Source: Iphione sp. A-MEVVRFRX5 (taxonomy: Eukaryota). Taken from it: a stretch of 64,000 nucleotides of DNA. A program made the translations under genes and the position numbers. This document shows, one piece after another, positions 1-11,624 of this stretch. Where the stretch lies: contig OZ320316.1 of NCBI GenBank assembly GCA_976226885.1, positions 17,794,001-17,858,000 of the forward strand. The letters are read 5' to 3'. Within the stretch, counting starts at the first letter, position 1, and every line of letters starts with the position of its first letter. The notes under the pieces are model-generated. The model did not search any database and had not been told where the DNA came from. It saw nothing but the letters and a program-made list of their open reading frames with translations.

Positions 1-1000
1 TCTTTTCTACCAAAACAATAGGCGACGCCCACGGACTATGACTCGGCTGTATAATACCTGCATCCAGCATGCTGTATAATACCTGCATCTTCTCTTCCAC
101 CACCCCTTGGCGTGAGAGCGGAGTATGGTAAGGCTTCTGCGCTATAGGGGCATGAAGCCCCATATCGATATCCATTGTAAGGAGGTGGGTTCATCCTAAC
201 TCTATGTCGGACGCTGCAAAGAGATCCTCATTTAAAGCTAACAGTTCTTCTAACGTAGTAGCTGCCTCTGGAATCATTCTCTCCGTCGGTCCTGGGTTAG
301 ATTGTATAAGACCAATCTCCCGCACCATCTCGTTCCCTACACCCTCCAACTCCGCTATCACATTGCCCGTTCTAACGGCAATTGTGCGGGTAATGGCATT
401 CACGACAACCACTAGGATATCTCCATTTTGATGGAGAGTTAGACAGTTGGCGATCATTACTCCTGGCTCTCTGGACAAAGGCCCTTCCTGAGAACCCATC
501 ACAATAGCTGGAGTTCCCTCTTCTCTGGGATCTCTTAGGATTTGCCTCCCGCGGAGCACCATTGTGGTCCCCCCTGGGATAACCGAGCTATCGACTGCCC
601 TAACCACAGCTCCCAGTTTCCGTTCCCCTATCATTGGTATCGTTAAATTGCCACATCTCACTCTCTGCTGACCCGGCATGAGTTGAACAGGGTGCCGGTT
701 CAACCAGTCCCATCCAAGGATAAAGGTGTGTCGGGTCTCCGGTAATACCCGAAAATCTACCTCGAAGATGGTCTGTTGTATCCGGAACTGGATTTGAGCT
801 ACGCATTGTTCCAGCACTCTGCCCCCCACACCCTTCAGGGTGGTGGATAAATCAACCATCTCCCAGGCCAACCCCTTCCATTTCAGAAGTTGGTATATGT
901 CCTCACGCACAATTGACACATCCGCCCCAGTATCCAAAAGAGCCCGATACCCAAAAGACCCCACTTGGATTCTAATTGTTGGTTGTTCCATTCCCGACAT
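1..1000 (-). pseudogene. pol: pol: aspartic protease and RT N-terminus with an in-frame TGA at 191-193 and a small duplication
   Basis: ORF 191-1000 has ALLDTGADVS and ILGWDWL. After SDIELG* the frame continues THLLTMDIDMG...QKPYHTPL; ATGCAGGTATTATACAGC is duplicated (~44-87 on +); SPWASPIVLV is at the window edge. Confidence 0.9.
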
Positions 1001-1054
1001 CCTCTTTCTAGAGACCTAATTCCCCTGAGAGGAGTTATTCTTGTTAGATGGGCA

Positions 1055-2112
1055 CTAGGACTGGTAATGCCCAAACTTCTTACAATTGTAGCACTGGACC
1101 TTTCTTCCCTTCGATGCCTCTGCCCCAGCCGTCGAAGGATTATTTTGAGCCCTTGGCTGCCTACCTTTAGCCGCAAAACAGTTCCTTGCAAAGTGACCCT
1201 TCTTTCCGCAACAATAACACGCTGCGGAAGTTACCCGTTTCTTTTCTGCATCGACGACATCCACTTCCATAGGAGTGTGTTCATCTCAGCCCCGCAAGGT
1301 AAATCGCTGGAAAACCTCTGTCTCTCCGCCTGGTGTTTTCACTGCATCCATGAACTGCGTCGGTCGCTCGTGTATAACCTTCCTAGCCACCTTAGGGTTT
1401 TTCAAACCATCCACAAAGAACTCAACTAACTGTAACTGCACTGCCAGTTGTTGCAACTCGTCTTCATCAAATGCGTCTTTAGCCAGGTCTAGAAGCCGTT
1501 CTGAGTATACGTATACAGCCTCATCGGATCTTAGTTTGCATTTTCTGAGAAGCCCCTTGGCATGGACGGGGTCAATAACCTCCCCGAAACAGCGAGACAA
1601 CCTAGCCTTAAACTCTACTCAAATGTCAGGCATCAGTATTGGCTCATCAACACCCATCTGTTGTTGACGCAATTTATCATCCTGCTCCTCCAGATAGCGG
1701 ATAATAAAGTCGGCTACCGACCCTTCTGCTGTTAATTGTGCTAACTTTTGTTTAAACCGAACAGCTACACCCGGGGCGCTCACATAGCTCCGAGCTGCAT
1801 GTTCGATTGATTTCATCCACGTCTTAAAATGTTTTGGCTTCCCATCAAAAGTTGTCACACCTTGTCTAGCCCCTTGCAGCGCTAAGTTATCTGTTACCCG
1901 AGTCAAGTTACGGTCAATACCCTGAAAGCACTGTTGGAGAGCAGCATCCTCGGGATTACGATTCATTCCACCTGCGGGCCCTCCAGGGAAATGATTTGCA
2001 CCCCTGAAGGTCCTGGTTGTGCATGCTCATCCCAATCATCACCAGAGATACCTCCCTGAGGATTAACTGGGGGTGGAAACTGAAAATGCAAGGGGCGAAT
2101 TTCAGGGTTCAT
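1055..2112 (-). pseudogene. gag: gag (capsid region plus two CCHC zinc knuckles), frameshifted
   Basis: ORF pieces 1619-1966 (TTFDGKPKHFKTWMKSIE), 1286-1600 (VYSERLLDLA...FFVDGL) and 1055-1270 (CYCCGKKGHFARNC; CYNCKKFGHYQS). Likely ATG at 2112. Confidence 0.9.
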
Positions 2113-2126
2113 TCTGGTCCCTCCCC

Positions 2127-2309
2127 TCACGCCAGCGTCATAGTGCCCGGTTCATCATGGAATGCTCTTGTCACTACCGTTGGGTCGTAGGCCAACATGC
2201 GACAGGCCATTGCTACCATGGCAAACACAAATACACACAACAGCATTAACATAGCGATCATGCATCCCAACACAAGCGGCTCCATGATCTCCTTTTGGTC
2301 CAGCCCCAC
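2127..2309 (-). CDS. Small ORF with one hydrophobic, probably transmembrane, segment just upstream of gag
   Basis: PLVLGCMIAMLMLLCVFVFAMVAMAC; ends 14 nt before the presumed gag ATG. Confidence 0.3.
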   Translation of the reverse strand: MGLDQKEIMEPLVLGCMIAMLMLLCVFVFAMVAMACRMLAYDPTVVTRAFHDEPGTMTLA

Positions 2310-2554
2310 CTACAATCAGCAACCATCCCTCATAGTCGCCTACCCTACTACTGTCCCCATACACCCCTGGTTGGCAAATGTGGACAGAAATAACTCCCGC
2401 TCACCTTGGCACCGTCGCGAGTCCATCCTGATTTTCGTCATGACTGTTCTTAATCGAAGGTCGGCGCCCCTGGCCGCAGTTCAGGTGGTGGTGTCCTCCG
2501 GTTTCCTCTCGCCACGCCCATCCGCCACACCACCTGCGCGTCAGCCTGTGACAT

Positions 2555-3157
2555 TCACCCTTCCCGAAGCACCTGCAGAATTGCCTCAGTCTTTCTTTTT
2601 TCACGACTCAGCGCATCATGCATCAGCACTTCGTGTGCCAACATATGCGGTTGTCGCTTGGTGCCCACCTCCCTCAGTGCCTGCTGTTGCTTTCGTCTGG
2701 GGATGATGGTCCCTGGTCTCTCTTCTAACTGGCCCTTGGTTGGGTCGGGGGTGCCCTCGCTTGTATCTGCTGGAACCGTGACGCGGAGATCCTCGGCCTG
2801 CGCCCCCTCGCTTGCTGTCATCTCCTGTCCGTTGTCCAACACCTCCACCCACCGCTGCTTGACTGACACAGCTACAAGAGACGCATCAGGATTAGGAGCC
2901 AAAGCCACCACATCTTGTCTGGGGTCCGGCACCCACAGAGGCACCCAGCCAGTATGCAAGTGGCGTCCAGGTTGATCAAAAGTTTTGGTCACGCACAGAT
3001 ACAAGACTGGCGGCGTTGGCAGCAGCCCGTGCCCTCGTCCGTATGGCCTTGTTCTACACGCTGGAGTAGATCTTGTTTGCGCACCAGCGTATGCCACACA
3101 CCGGTTGGCGGTTTCGGCAACGTCTTCTACAAAAGGGAGATGCGGTGACGCCCACAT
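2555..3157 (-). CDS. Unidentified leader ORF between PBS and gag (~200 aa)
   Basis: Long open frame with ATG 27 nt after the PBS; no recognisable domain. Confidence 0.35.
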   Translation of the reverse strand: MWASPHLPFVEDVAETANRCVAYAGAQTRSTPACRTRPYGRGHGLLPTPPVLYLCVTKTFDQPGRHLHTGWVPLWVPDPRQDVVALAPNPDASLVAVSVKQRWVEVLDNGQEMTASEGAQAEDLRVTVPADTSEGTPDPTKGQLEERPGTIIPRRKQQQALREVGTKRQPHMLAHEVLMHDALSREKRKTEAILQVLREG

Positions 3158-3183
3158 CCACCCTTCTTTTCGCACTGCTCAGA

Positions 3184-3204
3184 CGAATCCTGGTCACGGC
3201 ACCA
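3184..3204 (-). promoter_or_regulatory. Primer binding site complementary to the tRNA-His 3' end
   Basis: Minus strand reads TGGTGCCGTGACCAGGATTCG, matching the complement of the eukaryotic tRNA-His 3' end (TGGTGCCGTGACTCGGATTCG) with two mismatches. Confidence 0.85.
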
Positions 3205-3219
3205 AAATATATTCTCAGG

Positions 3220-3699
3220 TGTAACAAAAGACACCACGAGCAGGTTCTTCAATCGTCTGGCCTTTTATTGCAGAAGCGCAGCAGCACAGGTTACACGGTC
3301 GTCTCAAGCGGGTCCCGACAAGGGACGCGCACCTCGATCCTTATATACAACTCTGTGACGTAAACACGCTAACGGAAATATGTGAAACTCGCTGTGTTAT
3401 CAACAGCGGATGTCGCATTAGACTAAATACGATTGATCACCCATTGTGTCAACTCCAACCGGTTACAGTATCGTATGCTCATTGCTGATAATACCTCGTT
3501 AATTGTAATAGCCACTTCATTAACAAGATAAGGAACAACCTGTTTACACTTTAGGCGTCACATACGCCAATGAAAATTTTCGGAACTGCGTCACCAGTAA
3601 AAGGTCCTTCTTCAGCTACGTATATCTGTACACTTTACACACACAGTACACCCCTTTGTGCATGCATATATTCTTAATTCTTATTCGTACTGTGTCACA
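3220..3699 (-). repeat. 5' LTR of the Gypsy element (~480 bp)
   Basis: Bounded by TGTAACA (3220) and TGTCACA (3693-3699). Minus-strand TATA (TGTATATAAG, ~3340-3349) and AATAAA (3264-3269) lie in LTR order. The partner LTR is outside the window, so the ends are unconfirmed. Confidence 0.75.
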
Positions 3700-4006
3700 A
3701 GGTTAGTACAGGAAATTTATGCTTTGAACAAGGTTAAGTGTAATCTAAGATATACTGACATGTTAACTCTATATATAACATTTCTACAAACACATATTGA
3801 GTACTCAACTATGTTTTAAACTTGTAATAATAAGATGAAGCTCAAATACAGTAGAGTCTTAATTTCCGACCAGTGATTGGGACTGATCCAAAATGGTCGC
3901 AATAGCAAGTTTGGTCAGAAATCAATTTTGCAGGGGGTCTGGGTTGGAAACAATATCCCTTTCTCCCTCTCTCCCTAGTTAAATGTGCATACTCTCTGAA
4001 ACGTCC

Positions 4007-4390
4007 AAAAAGTGCTGAATTTGATGACTTTAAGTCCAAAAAGTTCTGAATTTGATGACTAAAAGTCCAAAATGTGCTGAATTGGATGTCTAAAAGTGAC
4101 TAAAAGAGGTGTGAGGTACAGCTCCTCCAGGGTGTGAGCTCCATCAGAGAAGTAGCAATTGACACCCCCTACCTCTCCCGCCACCCTCTTCAGGTTGTGA
4201 GGGACATCAGAGAGGTCGCTGTTGACACCCCCGGCAGGTATAGACCGCAAATTGGCGGGTTTAGACCACAAATAGGCGGGTTTAGACTGATTTCAAGGTG
4301 TGAGGAACATCAGAGAGGTTGCCATTGATGCGTCTGACCTCTCTTGCACCCTCTCCAAGGTGTGAGGTACACATCAGAGAGGTCGCCAGC
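4007..4390. repeat. Short tandem repeats (~31-bp unit x3, then degenerate ~60-bp units) plus a dispersed repeat shared with the window end
   Basis: AAAAGT(G/T)CTGAATTTGATGACT x3 at 4007-4095; GGTGTGAGG..CATCAGAGAGGT recurs at 4110-4390; 4255-4305 is the reverse complement of ~63945-64000. Confidence 0.7.
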
Positions 4391-5837
4391 CAACCACTCC
4401 ATGCTTGGACGGAAATCAATAGTAAAATATACAGAAAATGACCCAAAGATGAGTGGTCGGAAGGTGATTTTGGTCGGAAATCAATATGGTCGGAAAGCAA
4501 TACTCAATCATATAGGAAATGTATTGAGAATATTTCCGTTCCGACGACGAATGGTCGGAATGGTCAGTTTGGTTGGAAATTGGTGCAGTCGGAAATTAAG
4601 ACTTCCCTGTATATATAAATGTAATGAAATAGGGCTCTTACTCTAATTGATTCAAAAAGCACTCCTTACCAGTTGCTGACAACAGCTCAACCAGTGAGGA
4701 GAGTTTACATGTAAAGTGTGGTGTCATGAGCACTTATCAAAGGACCTATTTTTCCCTTCAACATCATGCATAATCTTGTACTATTATCTATTATATGGCC
4801 TGGTTTCCATGGATCTGGTTTTTTTTCTTTTACAGGAGAGGGCTAAGAATTTGGCTGATTTTCCAGGCCCCTACGGGCCCCGGTTTCTATGTGTATGGGC
4901 GTGGAAGTGCAGGTGGGAGTACAGGAAGGAGTAGAGGTGGGAGTAAGGGCAGGAGTACAGGTGCTATCAGCCGCTCCCCTGGCTTCTCCCCGGTAGGTGA
5001 CCAAATCTGTTCCTACACAAATTATATATGCAGATTAGATATTATTTTCCATGAACTAGACAGTCCTCATTTCCTTAGCCAACACTCCACATGCATCCGT
5101 AATCCCGAAAAAAATGAACGATAGACACCTCCAGACACCAGACTATGGACACCAGCCAAAAGGAACAGCACCAGACATATGTAGTTTGGCTGAGCGGTAT
5201 GACAGTGCCGAGACACTTATCCTCCTTTATTGCTAACGACTTTAAATAGTCCTCATAGAAGAACAAAGGAAATAAAATCGAGCTGGAGGGCCTACATACT
5301 CCCTCATCCGAATCAGTGTGACAACTGAATGTGGTGCTAAATGGGCTATACATCCCAGTTGCTAGGCAACCTGACTACAGACCTTTCCTACAGATGGCAG
5401 CAGTGGCCCGGAGAGTGCCTCCTCCTGGTGGGGTTGGATAGAGTTATACATACATAATTCCATAATTATATTCACCATCGTTGAAATTCCAAAGATTTTG
5501 ACATAAGACTATTACATTGTCAATACATTTGTCATAATTATAGTTGTGTGTATAACATATAACATAAGTCTAACGTTATAATTGCTCATATGTATAATAG
5601 TTTGCATTCATTACTATATATATATTTATACATGTGTGTGTGTATTGTTGGCGATTAGCATGTAGTTGGGTGGAGGGAGGTGCGAAGGGAAGGTGTGTTG
5701 AGGGGTTCAGTTGCGGAGGTGTAAATTGGGCGGAGGACATAATTGGGCGAAGAGCGTAATTGGACGGAGGGGTTTTCCTGATAGCATATAAGCAAGTTAG
5801 GTAGAGGTTGCACCTCATCCCCGGGCCCCGCAGAGGG

Positions 5838-6143
5838 ATGACCCTTCAAGGGGGTAGGGTCAACTTCAAGACACAGGTATTTGAGGGAACCACCAACTTG
5901 CTGGGTTTCAAACATCACTTCAAGTTAAGTGGCGGCCGCCAACGGCCGAACCGATGTGGAGGTGGCGGTGAGGAATGGGAGTGTGGGAAGCAAGCGTGTG
6001 TCGGCCCCTGTTGGCAGTACTTGTGGATTGATTCCAATCCAACGACCCAGGTGGACATGTTACAAGAATCAGCCGAAATGCTACTACTGGCAGAAGAACG
6101 AGGAAGACTGTCCACAACCCGACGATATATACTATCAATGTAA
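5838..6143 (+). CDS. Orphan single-exon Cys-containing ORF, possibly mobile-element or virus derived
   Basis: ATG at 5838 preceded by CATATAAG (5786-5793) and three ATTGG boxes; the frame continues 18 codons past the TAA to 6200. Confidence 0.3.
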   Translation: MTLQGGRVNFKTQVFEGTTNLLGFKHHFKLSGGRQRPNRCGGGGEEWECGKQACVGPCWQYLWIDSNPTTQVDMLQESAEMLLLAEERGRLSTTRRYILSM

Positions 6144-7043
6144 CTAATGCGCATGGAAGAAATGTGGGGGTACAGAACGGATGGGAAATTTCCTGTTTAA
6201 ACACCGTTTGCGTTTTTGTTTCTTTTCTTCAACTTTTCAACTTTTTTACTGTGTTACTCTTCGATTTCATCTTGAAAACCTCTGTACTTGAGACGGAGAC
6301 GATTAATAAAGAACATTCACTCACTCATCCATTCATCCATTCATTCATTCTTTAAGTCATCTCCATTCCCCATCCATTCTGTGTCATAATATGTCTCCGA
6401 AGCAGTTTTGATTTCAGGTAGAAAATAGCATAGTTTGCATGCATTTATAGGCATAGTTAAGACGATAGTATTGGTGAATTTTTACAAGACACTTTAGATA
6501 TGTATGTATGACAAACACATGAACAGTACATAGCTATTTGTTTTATATATTCTTCTTGCATGTATCCATGTATATATGGTGCAGTAAACAATCAACACAC
6601 GACAATGAAAATAACAAATCGCTTTGAATAAGCATCTTTCCATGTATAGACATATTTCCAGCTCTTCATTCGTGAGTACGTTTAATAACTGATTGCCCAA
6701 ACTCACCTTCTGGTCATGATTCAAGACTTTTATGATAATATCAGAAACAATAATGATATATGATAATATCAGAAACGTGGCTATTTTCACTGATCCTTGA
6801 AACTTTTCTAATCGGTCCCAGCCAAGGCCTCTCCTTGTTCACCGGGAGGTGGCAGCACCGTGTCTACAAGGGCCGTCGAGGGGTTCAAAATATGAGCTCT
6901 TCTTTCTAAAACGAAGAGTTGAACACCATAAATATTTATTGTGTATGTCAACACGTCCCTTGCACTGTACACAGCTACCCACTACCCTAATGAAGGGAAG
7001 GCGTGAAAACCAAGCTGTATAATCATTGATGTACGTAAATAAA

Positions 7044-7202
7044 CAGGCCTGTAGCAAGAATTTTTATGGGGGGTATCGGATGATACCCCCAATACCACAG
7101 GGGTGGAACATCCTGGTGACCATCACTATTAAAGTGTGTATGTAGTAATCTTTGAAGGGGGTATCGGACAATACCCCCGATACCCCCTTGGCTATGGGTC
7201 TA
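7044..7202. mobile_element. MITE family A (TIR CAGGCCCGTAGCCA), diverged copy
   Basis: CAGGCCTGTAGCAAG...GGGGTATCGG..ATACCCCC...TTGGCTATGGGTCT; same structure as copies at 41309, 41473, 42071, 43281 and 58257. Confidence 0.75.
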
Positions 7203-9847
7203 TATTTATTAAATACCAGTGCGCTTCACAATCTGACCACTAAAAGTGAAATTAAAAGGAAAAACATTACCTCCCGGAATGCCCCCCACCTCCCAGAATG
7301 CACCGTGAAGGGCCGGATTTTCCGGAACGATGCCTTTTTGTATAAGTAGTGAAACAACCATGGGATCCAGCTCACATTGCTCTCCGTTGAGACATCAGGA
7401 CTGATAACGTTGTTCAAATGCCCTACAAACACACATATATGCATAAGCAGGTGTTACAGCTGGGTAGGCAACCGTGTCTTGCTGAAATAAACTGTCAGCA
7501 GTTAACACTGTCCGCATCACTCATTTCATAGTACACTCTACGATATGTACACCCTGAAGGTGATGATTCAACGTTTTTACAATCTCGTGTCAAGTTTTTG
7601 TTTAACCTAACCGAACTCCAACGTCCTATAAACGTCATTTTTATGTTGTGTTAGCTGGGGTGTATCTAGATACATATTTACTCGCAGCGCGTATAGGAAA
7701 TACATCAGCTGGTGTTTAATGCTATACTGGAGAAGAAATCTACAAGCCTCAGAGTGAGAGATTTATTTCATGTGGATCTTTCTATATGGATATGGGAGAG
7801 ACTATGCTGCTGTAACATCAGTGAGGCAAATCAATACCAGGTTGGTTTAATGTAACTAGGATATGTGATAATATTATGATATAAATTGTCGGTAACCATA
7901 GACACTAACACTGTTATTTAAACCCTTCCAGACTGTCCTTGTTCAAATCGATTAATGTTTTAGGTAGTTTAAAGAAATATTTAATTTGCCAATACTCAGA
8001 GCAAACTGAAGGTATGAGATTAATTCTATTATTTGAGTGCACCGTCACGAAATTACAGCAAACTACAAGTGGTATACCGGTACATGGTGTATAAATGAGA
8101 TGGGCAGGTTTGTTGATCTGGAGGCTTAAACATAATTTTGATACTCTAGAATATGCTTTTTTGTTTCCCTGACGGAGAATAACCGGAGATTGATTGAAAA
8201 TTCAGTAAGAATACTATATATTCTATAAACGAAATAAAAATATGCAAAAATAGGAAATTCACATCGTCTTACAGATGTAACCACGTTACTTTAAGGACCT
8301 TTATATAGAATTTTAAATCTTTTCAGGGACAATTCTGAGTAAAACTCGACCATTATCAGTAAATAATGATATTTCCTTCAGTAAATAAACTAATTCAGGG
8401 ATAAGGATTAGAATATAAATGGAAACTATATCTTTCACAAACTCTATTGAAGATACCTTTATAGGTGACAAACCTAGATATAAGAGGCACTATCTTAAAA
8501 ACATGTCTTTTTGTTGGTCTATAGGTTTATGTATGGATTCTTATAAATTGTCCCATAGTTTATCCACATCACCCGAGACCACAGGTCAAGGGTGTAAGTG
8601 GATAAACTATGGGACAATTTATAAAGAATTCATACTTAAACATAGTTCTGCCGACGATAAGAGAGAGAAATGGATGAAACAGATTGAAATATTACCACTA
8701 CAAGGTCCATTTTATATGACTGAAGACAAAAGTGCACTCGACAACCGCCATTTTAGTTATTTACATTTCAAAGGATGAATTTCATTGGCCAAAATATACT
8801 TTCTCCAAATATCATTAGCATGTGAAGTTGTTTTCAAATCACATGACCTACTTCCGTCTTGTTGACATTAAAATCAAAGATGCTACATTGGATTTCCGAA
8901 GCCATAAATATGTATCATATACACAGAGCTTGTTTAAAACTACTTTTTTCTTATGCTAAATGCATTTATATGCCAATCCAGTCTGTATGTTCTCAATATT
9001 ATCCTTCTAAACTTTTTAATCGAGTCAGCAAGAAGCTGCCATTTTCATTTTTGCAAAACCAATGATACAAAGTCTTATGAAATGAGCCCGTGTGGTTGTC
9101 TACTGACAAACGTATGGAAAAGACAATCATTTCTATGGGACTAACTCACGGAGACAACTGCCAGAGTGGTAGAACTATCCATCTCCCATCGGCTATATTA
9201 GATTACCCCAAGAACATACCTTAAATCGTGTATCCTTTATCTGAATAATATGGCCAACCCTCCCTATGCATCTAGCTTGCTAATTTCTGTTATGTCCTCT
9301 GATCAATGTGTCCTATTATTGATCAATGTGTCCTGAGTTGCTTGTAACTGGACCTGGTTGAATAACTACCCATTGCCAACCATTACTATCCATATATCCT
9401 GTGTTACTTTTTGTTTTCTCTCTCTCTCCGTGAAATGTTTAGCTAACAAATGTGCTTCAGGGAAGAGGCACAACAGACCCAGATCATTTTAATCTTATGC
9501 AGATTCTATTCACTGGCACAATGTAACACAACACAGGACAACACAGGTTTCCAAGTTAGTTGTTCTTTATTGAGACAGAGTAGACACGTACAGGTAGCAT
9601 GATGAAGCTCTCTGAAAAGTCCCGATGATTCAAGGGCATAATATACGAACAGTTCACAACCCTTATCTTGAAGTTCACAACCTTCCTCTCATAGTTCATA
9701 GTTCATCATCTTGGGTACATAGTTCACAACCTTTCATAACCTTAGGTCACAGGACACATAAACTCTGACCTGGGTGCACACCCTGGGTCATGATCTGTCA
9801 ATTTTTTAATTAACCCCAGATCCCACCCTAGTACCCTTTGTGATATA

Positions 9848-10024
9848 CAGTGGAACCTCTCTACTATGGACAGCAAAGGGAATGGCCAAAAACTGTCCAT
9901 AAAGAGGGATATCCTTTATAGCAGGAGTATGTAAACATGATTATATAGACTGGTTCTGTCTCTAGTTTGTACATAGATTGGGGTGTCCTTTATAGAGGGT
10001 GTCCCTAGTAAAGGGGCTCCACTG
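9848..10024. mobile_element. Tc1/mariner-type MITE (TA TSD)
   Basis: TA|CAGTGGAACCTCT...GGGGCTCCACTG|TA. Confidence 0.8.
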
Positions 10025-11624
10025 TATATCTTTTCCAGGCATGAGCTGTCAACACCTATCCTAGAAGTCCCTTGAATTCCCCATTTCAATGTAGCATTTG
10101 TTATGTCCACATGCCACTCTTACAAAGTTTATGAGTGTCTGCTCCACCTGAGACTGTCAGTGTCCAGACTATCAATGGCACCACTTAGTAACATGGCCCA
10201 GCTGTTGTCTCCACGCAGACAGCACTTACAGACTTGTATCTTTACACTGTACAAGGAACTCTCTTTCTATTAAATAAACCACAACTGACAGGAATAGCAT
10301 AATTTTATCTTAGGGATAAGATGTTATCTTATTATAACTTAACACTTGTTTGAATTGTCACATAGTGTTATCCCACTATAGCATAATACCTCCAACTCAT
10401 TGTCTGAATCATATAATGTTATCTCATTCACTTTCTTCTGATCATAATGTAAAATAAAGGTCCAAACCATGTCTGAACATTCTTTGGTCCATATGTCTGA
10501 ATGTCCAAATGACTGAATGTCCACACATCCATCATAATATCCTCTATTTAACACACTGTGTTACAACAAATGCACAAAGCATACATCTCTAACAGTCAAG
10601 GCGAAATGTTTTGATCTAAAGCTAATCCATGCTATTGGTAGCAGGACTCCTCTCACAGCATGCACTCATGCCCACACCAACCCAAAAGGTTTTGTTTAGG
10701 TGGTATTCACGTATCTGGAAAATGCTATGCAAACGGATCTGTTTGTGTATGTTTTACACCATTCCTATGTGAATCAACATACCTGTCAGATGTATCTGTA
10801 GTTATGCAATCTATGCAAATAGATGCATTTGCATATTTTCAGAACCCGGGTAGGATGGAGTTTCTATACATATGGATGCATAGTCCATAGGCTTCTATAG
10901 TGAAAGGCATGTGGTTAACATCTGGTATATCATCACACATCTCTATTGGGGGTTGCTATGCTTTCAGATCCATAAGCGTATTTTTCACATGGATACATCT
11001 GAATACCACCTAACAGAGTTTGTTTCAGTCCTATGCACAAATGGGGGTGTCACTAATGGTTGTTGGTCTAGAGTGGTCTATGTGTGTGAGATGACAGGCT
11101 TTACTAGTAAAGTTTGGCTCCGTCCACCATTTACAAGGCACATCACTAATTATGGTTGGATACAGACTTTTGTTGGTAAGGGTCAAGGTAGCATGATGAA
11201 ATTGAATCGTAACACTTGAGGTTCAGTTTCAAATGACCAGTAAACCAGAGGAGATATTCTCCCTCCTCTGATGCAAGTATACCAAGATCTCAAGTCCTGT
11301 TCTATCATAGCATGGATACAAGGGAGGTCTGGTTTAACAAAAAAGGCACAATGTAGACAGATTTACCAAAATGTACACAGTTGTGACAGAGTTTCCAAGG
11401 GGTTTGAATAAAAAGGCCACATTTATTCGAATTTTGCTTATTAACTACTCTTCTTAAGTACTCTATAATTATCTATAATGATCATGTACATGTGCATTTG
11501 TTTACCACCAATGGTGAAGAGCTAGGTTAATATATGACATTCACCAAATTAAGAATTAATAATATTTTTATACTCATCTCACTTAAAACATGCCTATTTC
11601 AGGCTGTACCACACAACTGCAAAG

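Larger units (their letters stand above)
1..3699 (-). mobile_element. Ty3/Gypsy LTR retrotransposon, 5' portion (LTR, PBS, leader ORFs, gag, protease, start of RT); degenerate, continues beyond the window start
   Basis: On the minus strand: LTR, PBS, gag with two CCHC knuckles, aspartic protease LLDTGADVS, then the RT N-terminus (IAQKPYHTPL...MLDAGIIQPSHSPWASPIVLVEK). Frameshifts and a nonsense codon are present. Confidence 0.95.

Noticed and set aside
1-1000. Possible Gmr1-like order (integrase before RT)
   Set aside because: The protease is followed directly by RT N-terminal motifs, the standard Gypsy order.
5358-5370. GTTGCTAGGCAAC, an RFX X-box-like palindrome
   Set aside because: A single short motif with no assignable target gene; can occur by chance.
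8419-9144. ORFs of 60-120 aa in AT-rich DNA
   Set aside because: No motifs, splice support or coding-like composition; consistent with chance.
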